DNA of 61,484 bases, filler included, from Bdellovibrionota bacterium (GCA_963169515.1; 6 parts of 6 records of this genome joined end to end with filler, not necessarily neighbours in it), one strand, 5' to 3'; shown: positions 1 to 10,014, numbered from the whole stretch's first letter. A program made the numbers and translations. The notes: generated from the letters alone by a model not told the origin.

Positions 1-1979
1 AAAACGTGACCTGATGAAATAGGTCGATCCTTTGATTTGGCTAAAGCAACAAGTTCCGAGTCGTTGAAGCCGATCAAATTTTCATCATCAAAATTTCTAA
101 AAACATAGCTTTTATTAAGCGCATATTTTTCCCAAGCCACAAAATTTTTGCGTCGATTTATATTTAACGTCAAATCTTCAGGAGATCGGCGCCCCATCAA
201 ACCAACAACGCATTTTGAATATTTGGACGCTTGTGATGAATCCAGGGCAGCATCCGATCGTTTGACTTCATATTGATCATTGATCATAAGCGTATCAAAA
301 GCTGAACCACTTTTTTTCATAACGTGTAAAATCGTATACTGCCTGGTCTTACCTGAGACCGTATGATCTGCTGGCTCAATCGGATGAAACGGTTGAAGTA
401 ATAGTTCGGCATACGAATTAACCGCCGGAAATACATCTAATGATACTTTTTTGGTAACAAATCCAACCACATCGAACTCATAATTAATCTTTAACGGCGG
501 TCGCTTATCCATCGCCTGCTCAAGCGTTTCTGTCCTTGGTTTAAAAGCATACTGAGGCGCCACCTTTCCAATATGATAATAGGTTTGTGCGTAGTAGTTT
601 TTTATTAACGCCCCATTCCCATTTTGGCCCGCAGGATCTACAAAAATAGAAGATCTCAGAACTACATTCTTAAAATTTGACCTTATTTGTGGGACAGGAT
701 CTTTTACCTGAATTGTAAATTGGCGGTGATATCCTGGCGGCGTTGTAAGCCTTACTTCTGACGTAAAATTCGAAAGCGAGCTTACAAAATATTTATTTTT
801 TTCTGCCTGAGTCAGTTCATATGAGTTACTGAATCCGAATTCATTATCAAAAATTCGTTTTATAAGCACATAACCCAAATGATTTTGATAATTATCCCAT
901 GTCACATACGCCATTGGTGTCGCAGACGACAGGGGCAAATCGACATGGACCATGTCTGTCGGGTAAAAAGCCTTTGATGCATTAGCAAACCCAGAGCGAA
1001 GGGTTTCTTCTGGTCCTTTGGGCTCCGAATAGTACAAGAAATCCATACTGGCCTCGGGTACCCCGACAACCAGGTCATTTTCAAGAACCTTTGACTTCAA
1101 AAAACGGGATTTCGAAAGCCCCGTTAGGTTAAAATAGCGTATTCCACCCGACACGTCTTGTGGCGCCTCTAAAGATTTAAATACATCTGTCGGCAAGGTC
1201 GGTTCATTAATGTCAACAACCCCTAATCCAAAATTTAAAAGCATCCATCGCAATCGCGTTGGCTCTTGGCTGCCGATTGAGAGTTCATTTAGTTGCTTAT
1301 TCGGGAAGCCAAGTTTATTCAATACCCAGTTCATCAGACTTTTTTGGTTTAAATATTGATTGGCAAAGGCAGATCCCCAAAAGGGGGTTCCAATACTGAT
1401 CAGATTTTTTACATTACGCGGAGATTGAAAATTGGCCTTTCGTTGGAATGCATACGTCAATCGTGCTTTCAAATTTGGTTCAACCTTTTCAAGCCACTTT
1501 GGTCGTTGATAGGGGTCAAACCAGCCCGCCTTTTCAAGCTGATCAATACCCTCATAATATTCACAATACTTTTTGTCTTCTGGGTTAATTGGCAACTTGG
1601 TACACGTATTGATATATCTCATCGCAATGGTACCACCCTGACTGTGGGCAACAAATGAAATTGGCGTGTCGCTCGGTAAATTCTTTTCTATAAAAAAGTT
1701 AATCATTTGAGTATTCGCAATAAGAGCGAACTCATACGGAACCATTCCATTTATGTACTCAGCTTCACCCTGATAAGGCCGTGAGGGATAAAAAATTTCT
1801 TTGAAATAAACATTTTTTGAATTGGCGTAAGCACGCGCTAAAATTTGAGGCAGGTTTCCAAAACTTGAGTCATCTCCATAAAAACCGTGAATCAAAAACA
1901 CGACGTGTGGTTCCCGATTTTTTTGTGCATGAACATTTAAGGATAAAAAAAGCCCCAAAACAAAAAGTAACACCTTCAT
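1..1979 (-). CDS. Secreted alpha/beta-hydrolase (lipase/esterase-like), 3' end runs off the window
   Basis: Not in the ORF track, presumably because no stop lies in the window. Manual translation from ATG 1979 (GAGAGGGG upstream): MKVLLFVLGLFLSLNVHA signal, VFLIHGFYG oxyanion motif, FVAHSQGG nucleophile elbow. The same frame is open at the window start; the middle was not fully read. Confidence 0.8.
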   Translation of the reverse strand, partial: MKVLLFVLGLFLSLNVHAQKNREPHVVFLIHGFYGDDSSFGNLPQILARAYANSKNVYFKEIFYPSRPYQGEAEYINGMVPYEFALIANTQMINFFIEKNLPSDTPISFVAHSQGGTIAMRYINTCTKLPINPEDKKYCEYYEGIDQLEKAGWFDPYQRPKWLEKVEPNLKARLTYAFQRKANFQSPRNVKNLISIGTPFWGSAFANQYLNQKSLMNWVLNKLGFPNKQLNELSIGSQEPTRLRWMLLNFGLGVVDINEPTLPTDVFKSLEAPQDVSGGIRYFNLTGLSKSRFLKSKVLENDLVVGVPEASMDFLYYSEPKGPEETLRSGFANASKAFYPTDMVHVDLPLSSATPMAYVTWDNYQNHLGYVLIKRIFDNEFGFSNSYELTQAEKNKYFVSSLSNFTSEVRLTTPPGYHRQFTIQVKDPVPQIRSNFKNVVLRSSIFVDPAGQNGNGALIKNYYAQTYYHIGKVAPQYAFKPRTETLEQAMDKRPPLKINYEFDVVGFVTKKVSLDVFPAVNSYAELLLQPFHPIEPADHTVSGKTRQYTILHVMKKSGSAFDTLMINDQYEVKRSDAALDSSQASKYSKCVVGLMGRRSPEDLTLNINRRKNFVAWEKYALNKSYVFRNFDDENLIGFNDSELVALAKSKDRPISSGHV

Positions 1980-2109
1980 ATTGCCCCTCTCGACTTAAGC
2001 CGTCGTATTTTATATAGTTATTGTCGAATTCACCACTTACAGAGACCGTTATTGCAATAATTACCACCTATCATTTGATTTCTAGCGACAGATCTGCGAT
2101 CTATACGCC

Positions 2110-3603
2110 ATGGACGAGGAAATACAGCGTTGTATCGAGACCATCAATAGCCTAGTGAACGACCGTAACCTCCTGTCGTCACTTACAAAAGACCAAAAAA
2201 TCGCCCTTATGACAGCCGCAGGACGCCTCTCCCGCCCTGATAAAAAAGAGATTCGGTTACAGCATAAACTAAGAAATCAACACCTTCGTCGCCTGAAAGA
2301 TCCGGATCGTAAAGCCCGGGCAAATACCGGAATTCGCAAAGCTCGGGAAATTCCAGTATTCGTGGCTCCTAACCGTGTGGAAGAGCCCTCTGCCGCAACG
2401 GATTTGAATTCGCCCCGCAACTGCTATGTTTGCAAGGCAGAATACACAAAACTTCATTATTTCTATGATTCCATGTGCGAGCGCTGTGCTGAGTTTAATT
2501 ACCAAAAAAGATTTCAGACAGCCCCGCTCACGGGGCAAGTCGCCGTTATTACAGGATCGCGCTTGAAAATTGGCTACCAGGCCACACTGATGATGCTTAG
2601 AGCGGGCGCACACGTTATCGCAACGACTCGGTTTCCGAACGATTCAGCACTTCGTTTTTCAAAAGAATTAGATTTCAACAAATGGAAAAATCGACTTGAA
2701 ATTTACGGATTGGACCTGCGCCATACACCAAGCATTGAAATTTTCACTCGGTATCTTGCTCAGAAACTGAATCGTTTGGATATTCTTATTAACAATGCTG
2801 CTCAAACGGTTCGAAGGCCACCAGGGTTCTATAGTCATTTGATGGAAAACGAAAAAAAAACCATCGAAATGCTTCCCGAGGATGCACAAGGCCTTCTTCG
2901 ATCTTTTGAAATTTGTAAGCGACAGTTAAGCTTGAAAAACACAAGTGATGCAGAATCTGCATTGACCGCATGGCATACGACAAACCCGGGTATCGGTCTG
3001 ACTTCATCTGCGGCATTATCGCAAATTCCTTATTCGTTCGACCGCTCCATCAGTGCCGAAGAAATTTTTCCTGAGGGACAACTTGATGCCGACCTTCAAC
3101 AGATCGATTTAAGAACTACGAACAGTTGGCGTTTGCGCGTTGACGAGGTCCCAACGCCTGAGATGTTCGAGGTGCAGTTGGTCAATTCGATTGCGCCTTT
3201 TGTTTTGTGTAGCAGGCTAATCCCGATCATGAAGCGGGATTACACAGGTAATAAGCATGTGGTGAATGTTACGGCGATGGAAGGCAAATTTCATCGCTTT
3301 AAAAAAGCGGATCGTCACCCGCATACCAATATGGCTAAGGCGGCATTGAATATGCTGACCCACACGTCTGCAAGCGGGTTGGCCAAGGATGGAATTTACA
3401 TGAACGCAGTCGATACGGGCTGGGTTACTGACGAAGATCCTGCCCAGCTATCGCAACACAAGCAAACAGTTCATGATTTTCAACCCCCGCTTGATATTGT
3501 TGATGGCGCAGCCCGTGTGTGCGACCCATTCTTTGACGGTATTCTGACCGGAAAACACTGGTGTGGAAAATTCTTAAAGGACTACTTCCCTATTGATTGG
3601 TAA
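2110..3603 (+). CDS. SDR-family oxidoreductase with N-terminal Cys4 (CYVC..CERC) extension
   Basis: [37 protein letters not shown] motifs. Confidence 0.85.
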   Translation: MDEEIQRCIETINSLVNDRNLLSSLTKDQKIALMTAAGRLSRPDKKEIRLQHKLRNQHLRRLKDPDRKARANTGIRKAREIPVFVAPNRVEEPSAATDLNSPRNCYVCKAEYTKLHYFYDSMCERCAEFNYQKRFQTAPLTGQVAVITGSRLKIGYQATLMMLRAGAHVIATTRFPNDSALRFSKELDFNKWKNRLEIYGLDLRHTPSIEIFTRYLAQKLNRLDILINNAAQTVRRPPGFYSHLMENEKKTIEMLPEDAQGLLRSFEICKRQLSLKNTSDAESALTAWHTTNPGIGLTSSAALSQIPYSFDRSISAEEIFPEGQLDADLQQIDLRTTNSWRLRVDEVPTPEMFEVQLVNSIAPFVLCSRLIPIMKRDYTGNKHVVNVTAMEGKFHRFKKADRHPHTNMAKAALNMLTHTSASGLAKDGIYMNAVDTGWVTDEDPAQLSQHKQTVHDFQPPLDIVDGAARVCDPFFDGILTGKHWCGKFLKDYFPIDW

Positions 3604-3662
3604 AAAAATTTTCATTTGAGTAATCCTAAAAATGTGTTCAAATAATCAGGTTAGGAGAAAAA

Positions 3663-4115
3663 ATGAAAAAGACTTTGGAACAGTGGTTACACGAATACGC
3701 CGAATCCCATCAAAACCCAAGAAATATATTGATTCATAAATTCTGCGTTCCATTGATATTTTTTTCGATCATCGGCATGGGTTCAACATTTCACATCTGG
3801 AGATTTTCGATCTCTGAATGGATTTTCTTACTGGCGCTTCCATTTTACTTTCAATTGGGGCGCAAAGCGATGTGGCTATACGCCATATTCTTTTTTGTGT
3901 GTATGTTTGTCGTACGCTTCCTAATGCCCTGGGTCCCAATGTTTCCTGTATCCCTAGGAATCTTCGTTGTAGCCTGGATTGGGCAATTTATAGGGCACAA
4001 GCTAGAGGGCAAAAGTCCTAGCTTCCTCAAAGATCTTCAATTCCTTTTGATTGGACCTCTGTGGGTGTTTTTGGGCCAAAGCGCCAAAGCGGCCGACAAT
4101 ATCAAGCATCCGTGA
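3663..4115 (+). CDS. DUF962/Mpo1-like membrane protein
   Basis: YAESHQNPRN, HKFCVPLI, WIGQFIGHKLEGKSPSF...LLIGPLW; RBS AGGAG. Confidence 0.9.
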   Translation: MKKTLEQWLHEYAESHQNPRNILIHKFCVPLIFFSIIGMGSTFHIWRFSISEWIFLLALPFYFQLGRKAMWLYAIFFFVCMFVVRFLMPWVPMFPVSLGIFVVAWIGQFIGHKLEGKSPSFLKDLQFLLIGPLWVFLGQSAKAADNIKHP

Positions 4116-4133
4116 ATTCATGACCAACGTCTG

Positions 4134-4161
4134 TAAAAGTAGCCACCAAACACTCCGATAA
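4134..4161 (+). promoter_or_regulatory. Putative sigma28 (FliA)-type promoter of the GGDEF gene
   Basis: TAAAAG-N14-TCCGATAA versus consensus TAAA-N15-GCCGATAA. Confidence 0.45.
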
Positions 4162-4193
4162 AATAGTGTTAATAGACATCAAGGCTGGTAGAT

Positions 4194-5300
4194 TTGAAAC
4201 AATGGCTTCGCAAATTATTGGAGCAGTTCGAAAACGAACCTCAACGCCGAACCACTGATACAAAAAACATTGATATCACTGAAGATCGTGCAACGGTTCT
4301 GTATATATTGGATGTTTACAGTAAACATCTGATTGATATCGATGGTCATTCGACTCGCAAAACACGCGAAGCTTTGGATGATTTTTTAAAAGCATTGATT
4401 GACCTCGACACGCCGAACGCTGACAAGCTTTTGTTTCGCATTCGACAGTTCTTTTCCACCTATCGAATAGATGAATATACTTACATTCAAAAAACATTTG
4501 ATGATTTTAAAAATATTATATGGGATTTCGCAGATCAACTGTGCGAAGATCTTCGGTTTGAACAGGAAAAGGAAGTTACTGTAAAAAAGAATCTCGATCA
4601 ACTTCGCGAAGCCGTCGAAGCAAATTCTATTGTCGAGCTCAGAAATAAATCGCGCGAATTGATTGATTTTTATATCGAATATCAAACGGAAAAGGAAGAA
4701 CACAGAACAAAAAGCTTAAATTCGATCCAAAAAAATTTAGACACGGTAAAAAAGAAACTTACAGAAGCTAGCACAAAAATGAATATTGATCACCTTACGG
4801 GTGCAAATAACCGCATGAGCTTTGATGAACAATTGAAGAACCAGGGCCGCCTTTTTCAAATAACAAAGTCTCCAGTCACCCTACTGGTCGTCGACATCGA
4901 TTTTTTTAAAAAAATCAACGATACCTTTGGACATGACGTGGGCGATTTTGTCTTAAAAGAATGTGTTCGCCTCATGAGGTCCATATTTCACGCACCCGAA
5001 CAGATCGTTGCACGTATTGGCGGGGAAGAATTTGCGATTATTTTGCCCGGTATAAAATTAGAGGACGCTGTGAAAAAAGCCGAAGAAATGCTGGCTCTTG
5101 TTCGCAAAGAAGTAATTGTCCATCATGATTTCCAAGTGAAATACACTATGTCTGCGGGAATTTCTCAGTTGCTTGAAGGCGAAACTGTAGAGCAATGGTT
5201 AAAGCGTAGCGACCAAGCTCTTTATAAGTCAAAACAATCAGGCCGTGACCGAATAACGATCGCACCGCATGACCTAAAAGGTGAAAAAAAGATCGCATAG
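4194..5300 (+). CDS. Diguanylate cyclase (GGDEF domain) with helical N-terminus
   Basis: DHLTGANNR, DIDFFKKINDTFGHDVGD, ARIGGEEF, DQALYKSK; no RxxD I-site. Confidence 0.95.
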   Translation: MKQWLRKLLEQFENEPQRRTTDTKNIDITEDRATVLYILDVYSKHLIDIDGHSTRKTREALDDFLKALIDLDTPNADKLLFRIRQFFSTYRIDEYTYIQKTFDDFKNIIWDFADQLCEDLRFEQEKEVTVKKNLDQLREAVEANSIVELRNKSRELIDFYIEYQTEKEEHRTKSLNSIQKNLDTVKKKLTEASTKMNIDHLTGANNRMSFDEQLKNQGRLFQITKSPVTLLVVDIDFFKKINDTFGHDVGDFVLKECVRLMRSIFHAPEQIVARIGGEEFAIILPGIKLEDAVKKAEEMLALVRKEVIVHHDFQVKYTMSAGISQLLEGETVEQWLKRSDQALYKSKQSGRDRITIAPHDLKGEKKIA

Positions 5301-5304
5301 CTTA

Positions 5305-5328
5305 TCGACGGTGCCTGGCACCCGTTGA
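5305..5328. repeat. Short REP-like palindrome GGTGCCTGGCACC
   Basis: TCGACGGTGCCTGGCACCCGTTGA just after the GGDEF stop; a related motif lies at 39162. Confidence 0.45.
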
Positions 5329-5397
5329 CAGGCATGGTAAGTGTCAGTCATCCGTAAAGAATTTCACACATAAAATACGCTTATAGTGCTCATAAGC

Positions 5398-5413
5398 TGG
5401 CCTTTGGTTTGCA
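5398..5413 (+). promoter_or_regulatory. Putative sigma54 promoter
   Basis: TGGCCT-TTGGT-TTGCA has exact -24 GG / -12 GC spacing; inverted repeat TGACA-N11-TGTCA at 5326-5346 upstream. Confidence 0.55.
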
Positions 5414-5426
5414 TTTCATTAAAAGT

Positions 5427-6416
5427 ATGAAGTCGCAACTCTTCTTCATCCTCACCCTCCTACCCCAAAACACAAAAGCAGATGTGAACATGAAAGATGC
5501 GAGCTTCCGACACTCGGTGTTTGATCTCTCCATCCTGAATAGGACGTACAATAGTCGGTCTTTACATAACGGATACTTCGGTTTTGGTTGGTGCACAGAA
5601 CTTGAAAAATCAATTAAAAATCTTGGCAGTGAACTCGTGCTTTCTGATTGTAAACTGGATGGTGATATTACTTACAAAATAGTCTCACAGAGCAAAACGT
5701 CAACCATCTATCAATCAAACTTGAAATCAGACGACAAAATAGAATATCAAAACGGTATCTACACACGCCGATTTGGCTTTATACAAAAATACAATATGTG
5801 GGGCCAGCTGAACGTCTTCTCGAGTGGAGGAGGGACGGTCTATCTCTCCTTTGAGGAGTCCGGTCGCCTGGATCGAGGGGTCCTTCCAGGCGGCCGGGTT
5901 CTTCAATTTTTTTGGGATCCCAATGGTCGAATTACTTCAGTTAAGCTAGACTCAAAAGTTCTTAACTATGCCTACGAAAATGTAAACCTCTCGACAGTCA
6001 GTCAATCACATGAAATCCTATACAAGTACAATTATGATTCCCTAAATAATCTTGTATCAATCATCCACCCAGACAAAACTCGTGAACAAATAACATATGA
6101 TTTTAGAAAAGATTGGGTCACACGGGTCCAAAATCAATGTATCGAAAACTATTCTTTTAAAGCCTCCGCAGAACAAGGTTTGACAAGGCAAACAGCCACG
6201 CAAGCACAGCAATGTCCAAATCAAGGAGTCCTTATCGCACAGTATGATTATTGGTTTAAAGACAATACATTGACTCGCGCACGAATCACAAAAGATTCAA
6301 GTACGATTGACATCCAGTTCGATCCGACCGGAAGCCCGAGCAAAATAAGCAAAAAGAATTTCTCTGTAACTTCACAATTTCTTGGGGGTACGAAATGGAA
6401 CTCATTCTTGCGGTGA
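5427..6416 (+). CDS. Secreted DUF6531/YD-(RHS)-repeat protein
   Basis: Signal peptide from ATG 5427, RTYNSRS..GYFGFGW motif, YD-like repeats (YNYDSLNNLVSIIHPD). Confidence 0.75.
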   Translation: MKSQLFFILTLLPQNTKADVNMKDASFRHSVFDLSILNRTYNSRSLHNGYFGFGWCTELEKSIKNLGSELVLSDCKLDGDITYKIVSQSKTSTIYQSNLKSDDKIEYQNGIYTRRFGFIQKYNMWGQLNVFSSGGGTVYLSFEESGRLDRGVLPGGRVLQFFWDPNGRITSVKLDSKVLNYAYENVNLSTVSQSHEILYKYNYDSLNNLVSIIHPDKTREQITYDFRKDWVTRVQNQCIENYSFKASAEQGLTRQTATQAQQCPNQGVLIAQYDYWFKDNTLTRARITKDSSTIDIQFDPTGSPSKISKKNFSVTSQFLGGTKWNSFLR

Positions 6417-7432
6417 TCTTGTTTAACCTACCAGTTCTCGCTCAATCCCAGTGGGCACTTGACCAAATCGACGCGCTTCGCGCCCAAGCCATCAAAAATC
6501 CGCAAGAAGAAGTTCTGGTCGCAGTCATCGACACTGGGGTTGATCTCTCTCACCCTTTCCTTCGGGACAATCTTTGGAAAAACCCGAAGGAAATTCCCTT
6601 CAACAACAAAGACGATGATAATAATGGATTTATCGACGACGTTTATGGGTGGAATTTTGTACAGAATACAAACAATGTTTCAGATCTCCACGGTCACGGT
6701 AGCCATATCAGTGGAATAATTAAAATGGTCTCTGGAGCAAAAGTGAAAATTATGACTTTGAAATATTATGATTCGGGAAAGCTGTCAGAAAAAAATTTAA
6801 ATAACACAATAAGAGCGATCCAATACGCAATAGCGATGGGCGCGCAGATCATAAATTATTCTGGCGGCGGATTTGAAAAAAGTGTCGAGGAAGAGGCTGC
6901 CATTCGTCTGGCCAGCAGAAAAAATATTTTATATGTCGCGGCCGCTGGGAACGAGCGAACGAATTTAGATTTTAATAGGTTTTACCCAGCAAGCTATGAT
7001 TTGCCAAATGTTCTCAGTGTAGCCGCAATTGAAGAATCTGGGGGGCTACTCAGTGCTAGCAATTACGGACCACATACTGTTAGGATCGCAGCGCCAGGTC
7101 GAAAGATAACCTCAACCCTTCCATTCGGCCGTTTTGGGGAAATGGATGGGACCTCGCAAGCAACGGCGTTTGTTACTGGCGCTGCCGCATTGTTAAAAAG
7201 CACTCATCCTAATCTTAAAAATCCCCAAGATATAATTCGACGATTGATACAAACTGGAATTTCAAATCCACGGCTCAAGGGAAAAACGTCAAATCAGCAA
7301 GAATTAAACATTTTTCGCGCTATTGCCATGGAAGAAAAGGGAACAACAGCCTTCGGCCAACGCCCCCAGAACATTCCAAACATTCCAGAAATATTCTGGT
7401 ACGCCGTTCCCTTTCAGGAGACGATGCATTAA
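6395..7432 (+). CDS. Secreted S8 subtilisin-like serine protease
   Basis: VAVIDTGVD, HGHGSHISG, AAAGNE, GTSQATAFVTG triad. The last ~11 codons and stop come from repeat copy 1. Confidence 0.95.
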   Translation: MELILAVILFNLPVLAQSQWALDQIDALRAQAIKNPQEEVLVAVIDTGVDLSHPFLRDNLWKNPKEIPFNNKDDDNNGFIDDVYGWNFVQNTNNVSDLHGHGSHISGIIKMVSGAKVKIMTLKYYDSGKLSEKNLNNTIRAIQYAIAMGAQIINYSGGGFEKSVEEEAAIRLASRKNILYVAAAGNERTNLDFNRFYPASYDLPNVLSVAAIEESGGLLSASNYGPHTVRIAAPGRKITSTLPFGRFGEMDGTSQATAFVTGAAALLKSTHPNLKNPQDIIRRLIQTGISNPRLKGKTSNQQELNIFRAIAMEEKGTTAFGQRPQNIPNIPEIFWYAVPFQETMH

Positions 7433-7486
7433 CAATAAAGAAAAGGACACAATAATGCGTTGTCTCCTGAAAGGGAACGGCGTACC
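7398..7486. repeat. Long palindromic element (REPIN/MITE-like), copy 1
   Basis: 34-bp arms GGTACGCCGTTCCCTTTCAGGAGACGATGCATTA / TAATGCGTTGTCTCCTGAAAGGGAACGGCGTACC with two G-T pairs. Confidence 0.95.
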
Positions 7487-7494
7487 TTTTCCGG

Positions 7495-7959
7495 ATGGAT
7501 TTGCAGACGTGGGAGTTATTAAGTTATATGGTCACGGTGATTGGATTGCCGTTTGCGCTCATCGCCTTCTATATGCAGCAAAGAAAAGAACGCCAGAATG
7601 AAGAGGCTGAAATTTATCAAAGCTTATCAGACGAATACGCAGACTTTCAAAGACTACTCCTTCGAAATGCAGACCTTCAACTGACCTTGCCTACAAATAT
7701 CGACAACTTGACCCCAGACCAACGCGAACGCAAGAAAATCATATTTGATATTTTGATTTCGCTATTTGAACGAGCCTTTATTCTTGTTTACGAAGAAAAT
7801 ATGAGCAAGCAAACCGCCCGCCTATGGGCTAGCTGGGAAGATTATATTCGCTCGTGGTGTTCCAGAAAAGATTTTCGAGACGCCTTGCCAGAGTTGCTTC
7901 CTGGGGAAGACCCCGATTTTGAAGATTATATTCGTAAACTTTTGCAGAAAATCCCTTAG
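7495..7959 (+). CDS. Small protein with one N-terminal TM helix and a helical domain (DUF4760-like)
   Basis: 154 aa; hydrophobic VTVIGLPFALIAF, then LFERAFILVY and WASWEDYIRSW. Confidence 0.75.
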   Translation: MDLQTWELLSYMVTVIGLPFALIAFYMQQRKERQNEEAEIYQSLSDEYADFQRLLLRNADLQLTLPTNIDNLTPDQRERKKIIFDILISLFERAFILVYEENMSKQTARLWASWEDYIRSWCSRKDFRDALPELLPGEDPDFEDYIRKLLQKIP

Positions 7960-8046
7960 GTACGCCGTTCCCTTTCAAGAGACGATGCATTAACTTTAAA
8001 AAAATGACACGTTGATGCACTGTCTCCTGAAAGGGAACGGCGTACC
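7959..8046. repeat. Long palindromic element, copy 2
   Basis: Same termini; fills the gap between convergent stops TAG (7957-7959) and TAA (8048-8050, minus strand). Confidence 0.95.
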
Positions 8047-8047
8047 T

Positions 8048-9982
8048 TTAAGCCACTTTTTTTAGGTTTGAATTTGAGTTAATAACAGATTTCAATTCTC
8101 GATGAACTTGATCCGCGTTTGCGAATCCAAAGAAGAACCGATTAAAAAATCCCTTGTTGGTCTCTAGGTAAAGACCTTTTCTAAAAAATGCCAAATCAAT
8201 AAATCGATAGCGAAGGCTTGGATATTTTCGAAGGCGCCAAACGCGGTAAACCTTCATCATAGTGATTTTTTCCAACGGTATAGAGTACGAATAATACGTC
8301 AGACTCTTTATGACTAATTTATCCCCTACGATCATAATTTTTCGTGGCCAAAAAGCTAAGTAAGATATCAATGTCCCCGCAACACCGATCCATACAATAA
8401 ACATAAACAAATAGCTGTTTGTAAACAAATAGGCCTTCAGATTCATTAGATCCCATATCCACCGCACAGCATAGCTCGCCACATTTAAAAATAACAACGG
8501 TAAGCCAACAAAAGTGAAAATCATAAACACAGTCATCGGTGCGTATTTTATTTTTCGAATATATCGTACTTTAGTGTGATCAAACTTTTTTATGAAGACA
8601 GATTTAAAAATAAAAAACATTAAAACAGCAAATAAAACATTTGTAGCATAGTCATCACCGCGGAATAGTATCGGTGGAGCATAAAATTCTTCGTATTTTT
8701 GTACAGACTTAAACATTTTTGCAAGGCGCTCTCGATATTCGGTGGCAGAGGTTTGTTTTAAAACCTGGTATGGTGATCGAGTTTCTTTGTAGTCCTTGCC
8801 AAATTGATCAATACCACGTGCAAGTCCCAATAAACTCATTGAGTCCGTATCAACAATTTCAAACTTTTTCAGATACAGCCGCTTTGCCTCTTCAATTTGT
8901 TCATCTGCAATCCCCCCCCGACGGGCTTCGCTTTCGATGTGGTTACGAACAAGCTCTAAATTCGAATGATAACGATCACGCGTTGTCTGCAGGGACACTA
9001 ATCCATAACCATAACCTTGGGTTAAATTAATTTCATCCATTGCCGTATAGGTTTCACCTGTTAAATTTCGAATTTCCTTCATTAATCGATGTGAAAGATA
9101 ATTCAAATAGGATCGCATAATCATTTCGTCTGTCGCATTGATATTCCAAACCTTCGTACCCAAACTTATATATGTATCGCGCTTAGCAATTCGAGCGACC
9201 ACGTATGGCCGTTTACGTGGCACGGGCGCACGCGAAATCCGCCCGTCCTTTCCACTTTTTTCCATTTTCCCGAATGTGTTTTTTATTTTTATTTTGAATT
9301 TAGCTACATCAAAATCGCCGGCAACGAATATCCTCATATTTTGCGGATGATAATAGTCGTCGTAAAAAGCCTGAACACTTTTCTCTGTTAAATCTTTAGT
9401 GTTATCCCTAATTAAATCTTCATCATAGTCCCGATCGGGAATTCCAAATTCAGTTTTCCAAAACCCAAGGCTCGGCATTTTGACTGGAGACAATACTTTT
9501 TTAAAAAACAAATCGAATTGGTTTTCCTTTTCGCCTAGCTCCAGCATGACCTCTTTGCGCCCCTTGTTGACATCATCAAATTTGATCTTCCGATCGATAA
9601 ATAATTTGGCATACCAATTCAAAAGCCAGTCAGCTTTGTCACTTCGGATGGTTGTAAAATAAGATGTGGACTGTTCCATGGTATAGCCATTACCAGTTCC
9701 CCCCTCTTCTTTGACGACTTCCATAAATGACATGTTTGGTGGCAGACTATCGTGCCGAAACAATGTGTGTTCCAACAGGTGGGCAACACCCATATTTTTA
9801 TTATTTTCTTGTTCCCACCCAACGCCGTATTCGACCTGTATAGTGACCGTGTTTGCCCGAGTACCCGGAGCAAAGTAAACTGCTAGGCCGTTATCTAAGA
9901 CCGTTTTAGAAACGATATCATAGGGATCAGCAGCAGCATTCGAGTTTAAAAAAAGTCCAATCAGGACCAAAAGATAGGTCAT
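8048..9982 (-). CDS. M16 (insulinase) zinc peptidase with signal peptide, C-terminal TM helices and PH-like domain
   Basis: GVAHLLEH, NGYT, FYDDYYHPQNM..VAGD. Start taken as ATG 9982 (MTYLLVLIGLFLNSNAAA); the ORF-track extension runs into repeat copy 3. Confidence 0.85.
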   Translation of the reverse strand: MTYLLVLIGLFLNSNAAADPYDIVSKTVLDNGLAVYFAPGTRANTVTIQVEYGVGWEQENNKNMGVAHLLEHTLFRHDSLPPNMSFMEVVKEEGGTGNGYTMEQSTSYFTTIRSDKADWLLNWYAKLFIDRKIKFDDVNKGRKEVMLELGEKENQFDLFFKKVLSPVKMPSLGFWKTEFGIPDRDYDEDLIRDNTKDLTEKSVQAFYDDYYHPQNMRIFVAGDFDVAKFKIKIKNTFGKMEKSGKDGRISRAPVPRKRPYVVARIAKRDTYISLGTKVWNINATDEMIMRSYLNYLSHRLMKEIRNLTGETYTAMDEINLTQGYGYGLVSLQTTRDRYHSNLELVRNHIESEARRGGIADEQIEEAKRLYLKKFEIVDTDSMSLLGLARGIDQFGKDYKETRSPYQVLKQTSATEYRERLAKMFKSVQKYEEFYAPPILFRGDDYATNVLFAVLMFFIFKSVFIKKFDHTKVRYIRKIKYAPMTVFMIFTFVGLPLLFLNVASYAVRWIWDLMNLKAYLFTNSYLFMFIVWIGVAGTLISYLAFWPRKIMIVGDKLVIKSLTYYSYSIPLEKITMMKVYRVWRLRKYPSLRYRFIDLAFFRKGLYLETNKGFFNRFFFGFANADQVHRELKSVINSNSNLKKVA

Positions 9983-10014
9983 TGTTCCTGTTCGGAATAT
10001 CCAGAGGAAAGTAA

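Noticed and set aside
902..2067. Short ORFs 902-1084, 1356-1658, 1817-2017, 1870-2067
   Set aside because: Shadow frames of the long minus-strand hydrolase gene.
7323..8020. ORFs 7323-7601(+) and 7829-8020(-) sharing LLKGNGVP
   Set aside because: The shared peptide is the translated repeat arm; both overlap better-supported genes.
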